The notes under the pieces are model-generated. The model saw nothing but the letters and a program-made list of their open reading frames with translations. It searched no databases and had not been told where the DNA came from. A DNA stretch of 64,000 bases, from contig JAQGDQ010000037.1 of assembly GCA_030141605.1 (NCBI GenBank), forward strand, positions 124,001-188,000. Direction: 5' to 3'. Origin of the DNA: Tubiluchus corallicola (taxonomy: Eukaryota; Animalia; Priapulida). Position 1 is the stretch's first letter, and every line of letters starts with the position of its first letter. A program made the position numbers and the translations under genes. Positions 25,354-37,850 of the stretch are shown piece after piece.

Positions 25354-28300
25354 TCCCCCCCTAAGTCTTGGACGGAGGTAGCATACGTCGAAGACTGATA
25401 ACTGACCAAATTACCAGACATATCAAAGTCTTTGTGCCACTGAGGAGTTGTCCTCTGCCGAGTTGAACGACGTAGTGGTATAACTGGGTTGGGTGGAGCT
25501 GATGCAGTCGAAGGAGGGTCAATGGACTTATCAACTGGTTTGGAATTGTCTGGTATGGTAGTTAGTGGCATATGTGAGGGTGTGCTGAGGTTAGGGAGAG
25601 GGTCCTCTGGTCCAACAGGTTTGTCTGTTTGTTTGAAATCCATGTGTTTGGGTGACACTAAGGTTGAATTATTAGGGCGTTGGTTTGTTTTAGGTGGCAA
25701 AGTGGTTGATGTTGCAGGTTTCTCGACTGGTAAGCATCTGTCATTGTAAGCAAGGTCAGTATCAATAGAGATACTGGGGCGTGGTGGATGAATTGGTTCA
25801 TATTTCCGAAGAAAACGTCTATTCCGAAGTGTTACTCTGCCCGAGCCATCCACCTTGATGACATATTGGTCATATTGACGGACTTCAATGACTATACCAG
25901 ACTTGTCCCATTTGGTAGGATGTTTCCCAGTCTGATTTTGTAAATGTACCTTGTCACCAACAACTAGTGGGGGTAAGCGTTTTGTGTGTTCAGTCCACCG
26001 TTCCGATGCTTTCATGTGTCTGTTACGCAAGGCTTCTTCTCGGGCTAGTAGTGATTCCTGCCAAGTGTTATGAGGTTGGTAGCGACCGGGTATTATAGGG
26101 ATGAAGTCTCGTATAGGGCGGCCAAACAGACACTGGGCAGGTGAGAGTTTGGTATCTCTGTCTGGGCAGTTTCTGTACTGCAGGATTGCTCGTTGAAACA
26201 AGTCTGTATTAAGGTCTCCCTGGGGGCCAGTATTATTCATAATCATGCGCTTAACGGTCTTAACGCCTAATTCGGCTCTACAATTGCTGTGAGGAAAGGC
26301 AACCGAAGAGAGACGATGATGGACACCCCAGTCTGAAAAAAACTGGCGTGTTTGGAATGAAATAAATTCTGGGCCACCATCTGAGGCCAGTTCCTCAGCA
26401 ATGCCGTAAGTGACAAAAACTCGGCGGAGGCAGGCAATGAGACCAGTGGCCCCAATTGGAGAACGTTCGACAATGGGCCAGTTGGAATAACGGTCAACAA
26501 CAACGAGGTAGTAGACGCCCTTGTAATGAAAGAAGTCAGCGCAGATGCACTGAAATGGGTATACCGGCAAAACTGGGGGAACGGGCGGTGCTGCCGGTTG
26601 TGAGGGTGCAATACGGTTGCATTCTTGGCAACGACTTCGAAGTGCCGATATGGCTGTCGTTATGCCTGGCCAGAATACTGATGATTCTGCACGAGAAATC
26701 ATGGATGAGACCCCTTGGTGTGCTGCATGGAGTGATGAAAGCACAGTGTCACGTAGGCATGGGGGAATAACGATGCGTTCTTTATAGAGAATAACACCAT
26801 CGATGGTGTGGAGGTGTTCCCTGAACTGGTAATACTCACGTATTGGAGCTGGGAACTCCTGACGTGCTTCTGGCACGTTAGTTTCTATGATGTCTCTTAA
26901 TAAGTTCATGGTGGTGTCACTTGTTGTAGCAACTCGGACCATATCCCATGTCACTGATTTGAAGTTTGCAAGCTTTGTGGCAGCTGAACATATTAAGGAT
27001 GTCTCAAAGGAATCTGAAGGCGTTTCCTGACAACGAATACCTTCCAAAAGGAAAGTAGGTAGGTTTGGCAAGGTAATATTAGTGTCCTGTCGAATTGTGG
27101 CAATGTCGTCAGGCAAAGGCATATCACCAGCATGGCCAGGGCAAGACGGGTGTCGAGAGATGCCATCTGCAGCTCGATGTTTTGCTCCAGGGACATGTAT
27201 GACCTGGAATTTGAAACGGAGCGTCTTTTCCTTCAGATTCCTAAGGCGAGGGTTGGGCATGTCATCAAGGGATCTGTTGCTGAAGATCTTGAGCAATGGT
27301 TTGTGGTCCACTGCAATAGTCAGGTTTGTACAACCCAGGACAAAGTACCTAGCTTTTTGAAGGGCATCTGCCACTGCTAGGGCTTCACCTTCAATTGGGG
27401 CATATCGTGATTCTGCTGGTGTGGTGAATCGGCTTCCCACAAGAGTGATTTTCCACCCAGTACGGCAACAAAAAGGAGTTGATTTGGGGCATTTGCAGTG
27501 TTTTTGGAGCAGCCAGAAGCCAATGCCTGACTTTGACCAATCAGTGGCCAAGCATGTCGGCCGTGTTTTATCGAAAATTCGAACACCGTCTTCTATTTCC
27601 TGAACAATGAGTGCCTTGGACTCATTAAATATCTCATCTAGTTGTGCATTCCATGTGAATGGGGTCCCGGGTTTCAGGAGTGCACGGAATGGAAGCATTC
27701 GGTCAGCCATACTGAAAGCATAACTAACTTGGTTTATTACGCCGAACCAAGATCGAACATCAGTGATGTTTTTTGGAGTGGGAAATTTTAGTATAGCTTG
27801 GAGATATCGCCGACAAGGGCGGACACTATTGGGTGTAATTTCAAATCCTGCAAATTCAACTGTGTCTTCAGCAAAGATGAACTTGTCAGGATTAAGAGTG
27901 ATGCCATGACGGCCACATATGTCAAGCCATTCTATTGCCTGGAAAAAGCTTTCTTTGATTGTAGGTGACCAGAGGAGTGTGTCATCAATACATTTTGTGT
28001 GACGGGGTACGTGTGACACAATCTCGTCATAGCGTCTTGAGTAACCATCACCCGAAGCAATGTAGCCCTGTGGGGCTGTTTTGTAGCGATATCGGCCCCA
28101 CAGAGTGATAAACGTAGTAAGATGGCGGTCCTCTGCACGGATTGGGACACTGTGGTAGCCATTCCAGGCATCAAGTACCGTTTTCTTCATGTTTGGGGGT
28201 ACAGATCTTGCCTGCAGAAATGGTGACTGGGTGTGGTGGGTTTCTCTTGTGGCATGAACATTTAGGGCTTGAAAGTCAACAGTTCTGCGGGGTTGGCCGT

Positions 28301-30272
28301 TTTTCTTGGGGCATACAATCATTCGATGGCACCAAGTGACAGGTTCGCCAATGGGGACAGGTTCCAAGACTCCTAGGTGGACGTCGCGATCGATATCTGC
28401 TTTGACTTGTTTCTGCCAATGCAAGGCGACTGGGATGGGGTTGTGATGTGCCACGGGGGTGGCATCAGAATTCACCATGAGTTTCAAAGGGGGCCCTTCC
28501 ATAAGTGGGAGAGGTTGGTGCTCACATATGTTGAATGTGCTTGCCTTGTAAGTGTCAAGGAGGTACTGTCTCAGTTTTGGCAAATTTTCTTGCGTTGGTG
28601 AAAATGGCAGTTGGGAGGGTGGTGTAGGTGGCAGCTGTCGTCGTGGACAGTGGCACTCAGATGTCAAACCACTACTGTTTTGTTGGGGTTTGGATATGTC
28701 ATGTGTCTCAGATGAAGTGCTGTTTGATGATGATATCTCTAGCGTGTTGCACACCTCACCAATCTTTGGAAAGCTTTCTGTGATCATTCCGAGTGCAATA
28801 CAAGCTTCACGGCTAATGTATAATTTGTTTGAAGTATCGGTGACATATACGATCTGCCTGGTTTCCAGTTGTTTGCCAGCCGTAGATGTACCAGTGAATC
28901 TTAGGATAGCAGCGCCAAGGATGTTAATTCCACGATCATTTGCAGCTTGCATGCGCATGGTGACAGGTATGAGATGTTGCTCTGATATGCCTATGCGAGT
29001 GAGGATTTTAAGGCTGCACAAGCAACTCTGGCATCCGGTGTCTGCTATTGCTGAAATTATACAAGAATTTGGTTGTCTGCCACAGCGAAAACCAAGGGCT
29101 GTGTAGTCACTTGGGTTTATTGACATGCGCAGTGTAACAAATGGTTGAGGCTTCGATGGTTGGCGTAGCCAACTATTACACATCTGGTCATATAGGTGAT
29201 GACTAAGGGGAACTGTACGACGGCTATTTTTTTCATGTACGTGTGGTGTAAATGAACACAATGTATCGAACACAGCTCCCTGTTCACCCAGTGAGGTGGA
29301 TTGTTCACGACCTCTGTCACGGTCTGGAGCAGCATGTTTTGGCTTATTTCTAGATCTACATACCGGAGCGAAATGGTTTCTGCGACTGCAATATGTACAG
29401 GTTTTGCCGAAAGCTGGACATTTGTCCAGTCGTAATTGAAAATCAGAACCACTTCCATGACCGTGCCTTCCACAGTGGCTGCATGGTTCAGATGTTTTAT
29501 CTTTGGCTAGATTGCTTGTTGTTCGTCTGTATGAGCTACGCACTGCTTCAGCATTGTGGGTATCGAAGAGTTTTGAAGCAGATCTTTTTCCAGATTCTCT
29601 GCTTTCAATTAGCATTAATAATTCTTCGATTTCCATGACTTGATTTTTGTCGCCGAGAATGTCCAGTTGGATTTCTGGATCTGCGATGCCGCGTGTGATA
29701 CAGTCACGAATTATTTCGTTGGTATAGCTGACACTGGTGTCGCACTCGGGACATTTCACTTCATAATTGCAGATGCCGGCTTGTCCTCGTAGACGGGCGC
29801 AGAATGCACGGATAGGTTCTTCACGGTCTTGTCGCATATCATGCAATGCTACACGAGCCACCATGGTGTTCTCAACGCGAACAGCGAGCTTTTTGATAGC
29901 ATTAAGAACTACATCTTCTGCTTTGCCACTGAGACTGCCACCAGCAGAACGAGTGAGATCTTTACGTAATGTTTCATCACAACATTCTAATAATTGAATT
30001 ACTCTGTCTTTACCAGTGATACCAGTGGCATCTACGTATTCTTGCCAACGTGTGGTAAAATATGCCCATTCTTCGCTGGTACCGGCGGCAGATACAGTAG
30101 GCCTTTTCACTTTTTCAATTTTCGCAGTTGGAGCAGAATGTGCGGGTGGTGCCGCCTCTGTGTTCGTGGTGTGACTACCACGATGTATTTGCAGGAGTTC
30201 GAGAACGATAGCCTCCGACAAGTCCTCTGTTGCATAATTGCAGCCAGTAATTGGGCATTGAACAATTGGCAC
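25341..30272 (-). CDS. Gypsy Gag-Pol polyprotein (1643 aa; Gag-PR-RT-RNase H-IN)
   Basis: Zinc knuckles CSHCGRHGH and [14 protein letters not shown]; protease ADTGCQS; [10 protein letters not shown] and CIDD; RNase H TDWS; integrase HAAH..CQEC, ADFF, SDGGPEF, NCRAE. Domain order RT-RH-IN indicates Gypsy. The start codon is GTG and the stop lies inside the 3' LTR. Confidence 0.97.
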   Translation of the reverse strand: MPIVQCPITGCNYATEDLSEAIVLELLQIHRGSHTTNTEAAPPAHSAPTAKIEKVKRPTVSAAGTSEEWAYFTTRWQEYVDATGITGKDRVIQLLECCDETLRKDLTRSAGGSLSGKAEDVVLNAIKKLAVRVENTMVARVALHDMRQDREEPIRAFCARLRGQAGICNYEVKCPECDTSVSYTNEIIRDCITRGIADPEIQLDILGDKNQVMEIEELLMLIESRESGKRSASKLFDTHNAEAVRSSYRRTTSNLAKDKTSEPCSHCGRHGHGSGSDFQLRLDKCPAFGKTCTYCSRRNHFAPVCRSRNKPKHAAPDRDRGREQSTSLGEQGAVFDTLCSFTPHVHEKNSRRTVPLSHHLYDQMCNSWLRQPSKPQPFVTLRMSINPSDYTALGFRCGRQPNSCIISAIADTGCQSCLCSLKILTRIGISEQHLIPVTMRMQAANDRGINILGAAILRFTGTSTAGKQLETRQIVYVTDTSNKLYISREACIALGMITESFPKIGEVCNTLEISSSNSTSSETHDISKPQQNSSGLTSECHCPRRQLPPTPPSQLPFSPTQENLPKLRQYLLDTYKASTFNICEHQPLPLMEGPPLKLMVNSDATPVAHHNPIPVALHWQKQVKADIDRDVHLGVLEPVPIGEPVTWCHRMIVCPKKNGQPRRTVDFQALNVHATRETHHTQSPFLQARSVPPNMKKTVLDAWNGYHSVPIRAEDRHLTTFITLWGRYRYKTAPQGYIASGDGYSRRYDEIVSHVPRHTKCIDDTLLWSPTIKESFFQAIEWLDICGRHGITLNPDKFIFAEDTVEFAGFEITPNSVRPCRRYLQAILKFPTPKNITDVRSWFGVINQVSYAFSMADRMLPFRALLKPGTPFTWNAQLDEIFNESKALIVQEIEDGVRIFDKTRPTCLATDWSKSGIGFWLLQKHCKCPKSTPFCCRTGWKITLVGSRFTTPAESRYAPIEGEALAVADALQKARYFVLGCTNLTIAVDHKPLLKIFSNRSLDDMPNPRLRNLKEKTLRFKFQVIHVPGAKHRAADGISRHPSCPGHAGDMPLPDDIATIRQDTNITLPNLPTFLLEGIRCQETPSDSFETSLICSAATKLANFKSVTWDMVRVATTSDTTMNLLRDIIETNVPEARQEFPAPIREYYQFREHLHTIDGVILYKERIVIPPCLRDTVLSSLHAAHQGVSSMISRAESSVFWPGITTAISALRSRCQECNRIAPSQPAAPPVPPVLPVYPFQCICADFFHYKGVYYLVVVDRYSNWPIVERSPIGATGLIACLRRVFVTYGIAEELASDGGPEFISFQTRQFFSDWGVHHRLSSVAFPHSNCRAELGVKTVKRMIMNNTGPQGDLNTDLFQRAILQYRNCPDRDTKLSPAQCLFGRPIRDFIPIIPGRYQPHNTWQESLLAREEALRNRHMKASERWTEHTKRLPPLVVGDKVHLQNQTGKHPTKWDKSGIVIEVRQYDQYVIKVDGSGRVTLRNRRFLRKYEPIHPPRPSISIDTDLAYNDRCLPVEKPATSTTLPPKTNQRPNNSTLVSPKHMDFKQTDKPVGPEDPLPNLSTPSHMPLTTIPDNSKPVDKSIDPPSTASAPPNPVIPLRRSTRQRTTPQWHKDFDMSGNLVSYQSSTYATSVQDLGGDRGS

Positions 30273-30274
30273 TC

Positions 30275-30287
30275 TTCCGCCTGATCA
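30275..30287 (-). promoter_or_regulatory. Putative self-complementary primer-binding site (TGATCAGGCGGAA)
   Basis: Lies immediately after the 5' LTR, is not TGG-type, and is complementary to LTR positions 30350-30362. Confidence 0.7.
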
Positions 30288-30614
30288 TAAATAACTATGG
30301 AAGTTTTTGCTGAATCAATCAAAGTGGTTTATTTATGATATTGCAGCAATGATCAGGCTGAAATAACAACAACAAAATAATTACATATAATACTGCCATA
30401 CCGCATAAGTACAAATATAAATGTTTCGAATTATGCTAATTTAAGAATTGTTCCTTTAATCGCAAAAGTATAACTGCAAATAATATACCGTTCTAAATGT
30501 TAAACATCTGCTCGACACTGCATGGAGTTCTTATTGTTAAATGTGTTAAGAATTGCCTCGTGGCAAACAGCAATACGGGTGCTCTTCATATGGTGAAATC
30601 TTCAAGATCCTCTA
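30288..30614 (-). repeat. 5' LTR of the Gypsy element (promoter)
   Basis: Minus-sense TATA-like TATTATAT at ~30385-30392, Inr-like TCAG at ~30361 and AATAAA at 30328-30333. Confidence 0.9.
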
Positions 30615-30619
30615 ATAAA

Positions 30620-31040
30620 TAAACTACGCACCAATACAAAATTTAAGCAAGACTCGGAATCCGAAAACTATATCTTCTTTTTATACATTATCACCTAGTA
30701 CGATCGAACTTTACTAAATTACGTATCAGTGCTCATAACTTGTATATATAGAAAAATCCGACATTGTTTACCCAAGATACAATTGCAATGAAAGAAAAAT
30801 TGAAGGTGAAATGCATTTTGTAGTTGAATGTAAAAATTACCATGATCACATGATTACCATTACCACAAATTTATTCAGTGTTATTGCGAAAATTTTCTCT
30901 GTTTTTATAAATCTACCTAATGGATCAAATGGACCATTAATATTAATGGGCCAAAAAATTTTGCTTCTAAAAAGTTTGAAATGACAAATTTAGTGTCACA
31001 ATTCATTACTGACCGTTTTATAAAACGAAATGTGTAAAAT
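30620..31040 (+). mobile_element. Old LINE (L2/Crack-like) C-terminal relic into which the Gypsy element inserted
   Basis: NKLRT..KFK, RISAHNL and CNERKIEGEMHFVVECKNY (terminal zinc-finger region). Confidence 0.7.
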
Positions 31041-31297
31041 TGAGTTTACCTAATATTTTAGTTAATAATGTAAGGTTCTAATGTACACTGTAATTCTAAT
31101 GCTTTTCTTTAAATGTAGTTTACCAGAATTTTGAATAATGCTAAGCTCTACAGTATAAATTTGTTGAAAATTGTAATTTTATTTCTAAAACTGTTAGAGT
31201 ACTAGAACTTTGAGGCTGGAACAAATCTTGTAACATAACATAATATAACGTAATGTAATTGTAATATTTAGCTATTGTACATACTGTTAATTAGTAC

Positions 31298-31299
<2 letters not shown>

Positions 31300-31347
<48 letters not shown>

Positions 31348-31410
31348 GTTATTATTGTTATTATTGTTGTTATTGTTGTTATTGTTGTTATTGTTGTTAT
31401 TGTTGTTATT
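31300..31410. repeat. (ATT)n/(GTT)n microsatellite
   Basis: Directly visible. Confidence 0.95.
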
Positions 31411-31731
31411 GTGTTGAATGACGTTCATACCCCATACGTGGATTTTTGTCTGTGCAGTTTTTCTTTGCTCACTTATAATGTATTACGTTGTATTTGTAAT
31501 ATATTGGTGATGAATTGTATAATTGTAATATGTCAGATCATCAATAAAATAAATGTATTAACTTTTGAGTCAACTCAACTCTCGTACGTAGGCAACAAGA
31601 AGCATGTTCTATCACCCCAAAAAGTCGCCATTGGCATGCGTGCAATCTATAAAATTATCAAGAAAATAAAGTTATACAGTAATTGTATATTCTGTTATTT
31701 CTTTCACTTACACGTAGAATCGCAGATCAAA

Positions 31732-34700
31732 ATGGATATCGCAGAAACTAATGAAACGTACAGCGACCTCCAGCGGCGGTGGGATGAGATGCGTTTTGGT
31801 TTATTTCGTGGAAACGACTTTTTAATGTTTATTACCGGTAAGAACAGCAAACACCTATATAATTAATTAATTATTTATTTTTAGTTCCGACCCAACTCTG
31901 ATACTTGGGAGTCGCACGCGATACCATAGGGCCAATTCCTAATCTTGATTTTCACGGTTTTAGAAAATTTAAGCTTGTTTTTATAACAGCTTGTTTCTGT
32001 GAATGATCCTTAAAATTAAGCCTACTTACAGTATCATGTTCTAAAACTCTTTATATAAGATATTCCAAAAAACATTAAAACAGGCAAAATAAAATAACAT
32101 ATTAAAATACCTATTGTGAAAAGGTTTTTAAAGTGGAAAAGTTTTCAATTTAAACTTAAAGATATTAAAATTAACTAATTCATACGACGGCGAGTTTAAA
32201 AGAGACTCGCTTTAATAAAATTGTTCGCATTTTTCGCGTTGTTATAACCCCTTGCTTAAAAGCGACGACATAACAACCCACTGCTGCAGTTAAACAAGTC
32301 TCACGGTGCATAAATGCTTATTCTAATCTTAACGTTTTGACATTTTTAGCTTTAAACGTAGGATTATTGATGCTCTACTGGAGTATTGGAGGTTTTCAGT
32401 ATTTTATGGATATAACGGGAAAACCGTACTTTCTGTACAGATACAAAATACAAAAAGACAAGAAGGTGAACAAGAACATTTTCATATCCATGTACTTGTA
32501 TAATTTTGTAATAACATAGTCTTAATTTTTTCTTGTGCAATTACTTACAGATATGGCCTGGATTAAAATGAGTAATTAAAAGAAATCCTTGATAAAATAA
32601 AGGCGAATAAAACGCTTTTCATACCCATGTACTTGTATAATTTTGTAATAACATTGCTTTAATTGTTTCTTGTGTAATTACTTACAGATATGGCCTGGAT
32701 TAAAATGAGTAATTAAAAAAATCCTTGATAAAATAAAGATGAATGAAACATTTTTCATACCCATGTAACTTGTATAATTTTGTAATAACATTGCCTTAAT
32801 TTTTTCTTGTGTAATTACTTACAGATATGGCCTGGATTAAAATGAGTAATTAAAAACATCTTTGATTAAATAACGTCAGAGTGAAAGCTTGTACATCAAC
32901 TTTCTGTTGCGTTGCAAACTTTCCAGTTTAACACCATCTTGATCTAGTAGTGCACAAAAATATCTGGAAAAACTGACGCATTCTTTCTTCTTTTTAGCCT
33001 GACGTATCGAAGTTGCCTTCAATCGTAAAAGTCGTTTTAATCAACGAATTTCTTGTTACTTTACCGATGACAATATTGCTCTTTCATGTAGCTAAGTGGA
33101 GGGGATGTAGTTTTAACAGTGAAGAATTTCCGTCTGCTTTCGTTACCATCAGAGATATTGTAGTGTTTATTTTCATTGAAGAAATAGGCTTCTACTACGC
33201 ACACAGGTAAGTTTGCTTTGTAGGTGTATATCACATGGCAAGAATGATGTGCGGTAAAGTGTATGCTACCACTTAATACTGTGTTTCTGTAACTTATTCA
33301 CTCCATTGCTTATGAAATAGTTTTACTGCTAGAGAAATAAAATTTGGCACTGTTAGGTCAGTGACCTAAAGTCAAAGTCTAAAGACGGGTCAGCTCCTAA
33401 AATCATTATTTTCTAGTTTTGCGGAAAATATAGAAAGTTATTGAACAATTTCTCTGCATACAAATCAAGAAAACACTGCTGAGCATGACATCCTCAAAAC
33501 TCTGACGTTTTTCAAAAGTTGCCAACGTAAACAAACCACCGCTTTAATAAAAATTCGTTTATATGAAATCTTCTCGATAATCGATTCATCAAAAACTTCC
33601 GGTGTTACTATTAAACTTCAGCTGATGAAATCGCTTACAGAGTGCCAGGACAAGCTTGGCCAAGAAACAACACCATTGTGACTGGATGTTAGAAAGAACT
33701 CACTGAGCACGAGTTAGGCTACAACGACTAAGCTCACTAAGCAAGAAATAACTATTATGTCATTTTTATAGGAGTTTCCATCATCCCTCAATCTACAAGC
33801 ACATTCATAAGCAACACCATGAATACACCTCTCCAACGGGATTAATAACCATGTATTGCCACCCTATTGAGCACGTCATAGCAAACTTAGGACCACCCAT
33901 GCTAGGTCCAGTCATCATGCAGTCTCATGCTTTGACCATGTTCATATTTTTGGTAATTGGAACAATTTTCACCATTAACGACCATGCTGGTTACCATTTT
34001 CCGATGATGACGTCACCAGAGGCCCACGATTTTCATCACTTAAAGTAAGTTTTGTGCTAATCAAAATGCTTTATTGTGTTTGTCAGATTTACAATTGGCT
34101 TTAATTGCAGCCGAATTGCAATAACAAGAATTAATACTTTTGTTTTAGTTATATTATTATAATAATTATTATTATTATGGAGATCGTAATTCATCAAACA
34201 GCTAAAAAATTGACAGCCAGAAATCCACTTTTCAAGGCAGGGTATGCTTACTCCATGTGGTTACGGAGGGACTGGAATCTAGCTGAATATCAAGGATAAT
34301 TATCTAAGATAGGATATCAAACCAATAGAGATGTCTTATCCACGTTCGGATGTGGCTATCTATATATATATCTATATCCATCATCAGAGACATTCATCCA
34401 CTAATTAACCAGGTTGACGTTACTTAACTTGAGTTGCTAAACCCACACCGTAAACATGACAAAATTGCTACAATGTTGTCACAACATGTTTTGCAAATAT
34501 TGAGACAATATGAAAATGTGGACTTGCCACAACATTGTTCCAATATTTTTGTTAATATTTTTTTCATGTTGTGATAATATTTGCAAAAATGTTGTCACAA
34601 CATTGTAGCAAGATTTTTTGTGCTGTCTGGGATATACGTTAAAGTTAATGTTATTGCCATGCAATATCAATGTTATTGCTATATAATATACAGGGTGTAA

Positions 34701-34875
34701 ATTTGTCTTTAACAGATTTAACGTTAATTATGGGCCTCTAGGACTGCTGGACTGGCTGCACGGAACAGATAAAATGTTCAGAGAATATAAGCAATTTCAA
34801 CGACATCGCATCTTGGTTGGACTGACACCAATGAGTGAGCAATTTCCTGATGAAGCTAAGCAAAAGAAAAGATAA
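31732..34875 (+). CDS. FAXDC2: Fatty acid hydroxylase domain-containing protein 2 (sterol desaturase family), about 287 aa
   Basis: Exons 31732-31837, 32350-32465, 32998-33206, 33772-34044, 34716-34875, with consistent phases. His boxes YYAHRSFHH, HIHKQHHE and HDFHH; DITGKP; C-terminal NYGPLGLLDWLHGTD. An acceptor just upstream of the ATG suggests an additional 5' exon. Confidence 0.93.
32470..32875. repeat. Tandem repeat, three units of ~137 bp, in FAXDC2 intron 2
   Basis: Three copies of ttttcata(t/c)ccatgta..ttacttacagatatggcctggattaaaatgagtaattaaaa. Confidence 0.9.
34442..34630. mobile_element. Small foldback/MITE-like element in FAXDC2 intron 4
   Basis: CCCA...TGGG ends; inner inverted repeat ttgctacaatgttg / caacattgtagcaa. 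Confidence 0.55.
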
Positions 34876-36329
34876 TGCATAGAGCAGTTTAAATTACTAA
34901 ATCGTCCATTTGGATATAAAGTAAAACAATGATATGGACAGTATTGTAATCATTTACTTTAGTTTTTAAGTTACTCTCAAAGTTTAAACAAAATATTCGA
35001 TTTTTGAATATTGGATAGCATTATATTCTATGATCATCATAGCCTATAGATCAATTTAAGGAAATGCGAGGTAAGCTCATTGTAAATTGTTATTACCGGT
35101 TACAACAAGTTAGCATTATTACGTCTACGAAATTGCAACGAAATTGATAAATGTTGGTACTTAATAGGGGTAATAAATGTATGACTGAATTTTATGAGTG
35201 TCTGTTTGAAAGTACGCTCAATGCACTTCATGTGACATTTGATAGGCATTCAACTCAAATAAAAAATTTCAAGTTTCATTACGCAGCTAATTACACTAGT
35301 ATTAATTAGCGTTATTGCTTATATATTATTTTGCAAATGTTGCAAGAACAAAATTTTGGTACAAGGTAGCAAACTGAGAAGCTTTGAATTTCTGCATTTA
35401 TACATACTGCTTATTTTTGTTAGATTGTAAATTTGCTACATGTACATAATTAAAATAGGAATTATTGCGGCTATATTTTTTGCGATTTTGTATTTTACTT
35501 CCTAGCTGTATACATTTTGGTGTAAACAGAGCACTTCACATCCTGTGTCTTTGCTGAGAATATAGTTCAAATAGGCTACTTCGATCACATATTTCATGAA
35601 TTTCTTTCAGGTTAGTTAACTGTTTTACATTCTCCGTAAAGGGACACTGCCCGTAAAGTACGTGGATCAGGGAAGATATCAAGAGACAACGGACTCTTTT
35701 TTTATTAGATGAAACAAACGGATTCATACTTTCTCCAACTGTAGCAATTCAAACGAATTTTATTTATGTCTTATTGTACAAATTTTTATTGCTCAGCACT
35801 TTGGCGCAATTTTTACTAGTATAGTTTAAACATATTATAAAAGTCGCCTACAATAAAGGAATTGGCATGCTTTTTAAACAACCTTTTGATTGCTCTGCCA
35901 GATCAGCGAAGCCTGTCTCTTGATCTCGAGATGCCTTATTTTGAGGTACGTATTTTACTGAAAAATATTTACAATCTGAAATCAGCTTTTTAATAGTCAT
36001 ATTATAACAGTTTGATAAATGAAATTTTTAACGGTGATGTATTAATTTTAGATCTTTGTGCATGTATTTTGCCAATTTTTATCTGTAAATAATTTTATTG
36101 TGGTAGTATTTTGTGCGTGTGAAGTAGTGGCTATTGTACATATGTAGCAGTTTTTATTTTATACACACATTGGTATAATGGGTTATTAAATGGAATAAAG
36201 TGCATCTTATCTTTTTTATCTAATCTATGTCCGTACAATAAATGCGACGGGAATTTTGAAACTTGCAGTAATCCACAAAAAACGAGACTTAATTGTCAAC
36301 AATTTACTGTACCCTTATTAGTACAACTA

Positions 36330-37850
36330 GTAGACTAGCACTTGAGGACCTGTGGCTTGAAATTGCTTCCACCGATAACAAAAAATCTTTTATATTTGGA
36401 GTAATATATAGGCATCCAAACACCCCAGTCGAACATTTTCATGACGAATTAGAATCAGTTCTTTGCACTATCAACTCCACAGGCAAACCAGCTTATATAT
36501 GTGGAGACATTAATATAGATTTTTATCAACATGATAACAAACCATTTATTAATAAGAATCTCAACATGCTCTTCTCAAATCCATTTACACCAATTATCAC
36601 CCGACCAACTAGAATTACTGCAACGTCACACACCCTAATTGATCATATTTATACTAATAATCTTTCTACACCCATCACATCTGCCATCATTACTAACCCC
36701 ATTACGGACCACTTGCCAATATTTGCCATTATAAGAAATACTAATCTCCTGCACAAAAACATTAAAAAATCAGTCAGATGTACGAGATCATTCAATCAAG
36801 GTAACTTTTTAAGCGAGCTTAAAGTTAATATAAGTAACCTAATACTGAATGATGGCGAAGCAGACATACACTCTTACTGCTCACAATTCATGGATTCGTT
36901 TAAAACATTACTCGACAAACATGCCCCACTCAAAACGTTATCAAGAAAAAACTCAAAAACTATAGCTAAATCATGTATCACTCCCGGCATTCTCAATTCT
37001 ATTAAAACAAGAAGTCGTACGCATGCAACACACAAGTTATCCAACTCGCTGCATATGCAAAATTTATATATTATATTCTAACAAATTCTAACAAACTTAA
37101 TCATATCAAACCTGCATCCAAAAAGAAGTATTACTCTCAGATCTTGCTTGCAAACAAAAATAACATGAAGCAAAGTTGGAACACTATCAATGAACTTCTC
37201 AAAATTAAAAAAAAGACGACTAGTATAATGCCAACTAAAGTTTGTTACCAAGGCACAACTTCATGTGACCTGCACCATAAAGCTAATGCTTTTAACAGTT
37301 TTTTTTGCAAACATTGGTATATCATTGGCATCAATCGATCTATCCATCGTTATTATAAAGTTACTTTTTTCTAAAACAAATTTAGTTTTATGTTTTATTA
37401 TGTCATAAATCTCGATTCTCGACAGAAATCGACAGTGTCTTACTTGGGCTGCCCATGTACCACACTGCTTTTCCGCAAATTTAGCACATGCGTTTTACCG
37501 GAAGTGACCTACATCGGCTAGTGTATTAATCAGCGCCCTACAATTAAAAATGAATGAAATTTATAAGCTTGAGTTAGCGAAATTCATGTTCAACTATAAA
37601 AAGGGCATTCTACCTAAATTATACAGCAATTATTTCAGAAAGATTAGCTGACGTTCACCAGTATTCTACGAGAGCAGCTACCAAACAAAACTATTTTCAG
37701 GAAAGATTTAACACAACAAAAGGTCTACAAACTTTAAAATACAATGGTACAATTCTATGGAATACTCTTTCAGATGATCTTAAGCAATCAACTAGTATCT
37801 GTCACTTGAGTAAATTATATAAATATCAACTCTTGCGAATTTATTACCGA
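36330..37850 (+). mobile_element. CR1/L2-type LINE relic (APE endonuclease, linker, 3' end)
   Basis: GVIYRHP, ICGDINID, PTRIT..TLIDHIYTN and ITDHLPIF (APE). A 3' portion with KLELAKFMF and GTILWN is present; the RT core is deleted. Confidence 0.88.

Larger units (their letters stand above)
25027..30614 (-). mobile_element. Intact, recent Ty3/Gypsy LTR retrotransposon
   Basis: 327-bp LTRs (25027-25353 and 30288-30614) differing at one position seen by eye (G vs C). 5-bp TSD ATAAA (25022-25026, 30615-30619). PPT AGGGGGGGA abuts the 3' LTR. Single long ORF. The left boundary is ambiguous by a few bp because the target is (ATAA)n. Confidence 0.97.

Noticed and set aside
25489-30322. Numerous short overlapping or antisense ORFs inside the Gypsy element
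   Set aside because: Shadow ORFs of the long coding frame; no recognisable motifs and no env-like gene.
32470-32875. CRISPR-like repeat array
   Set aside because: Whole units repeat without unique spacers; eukaryotic intron; no cas genes.
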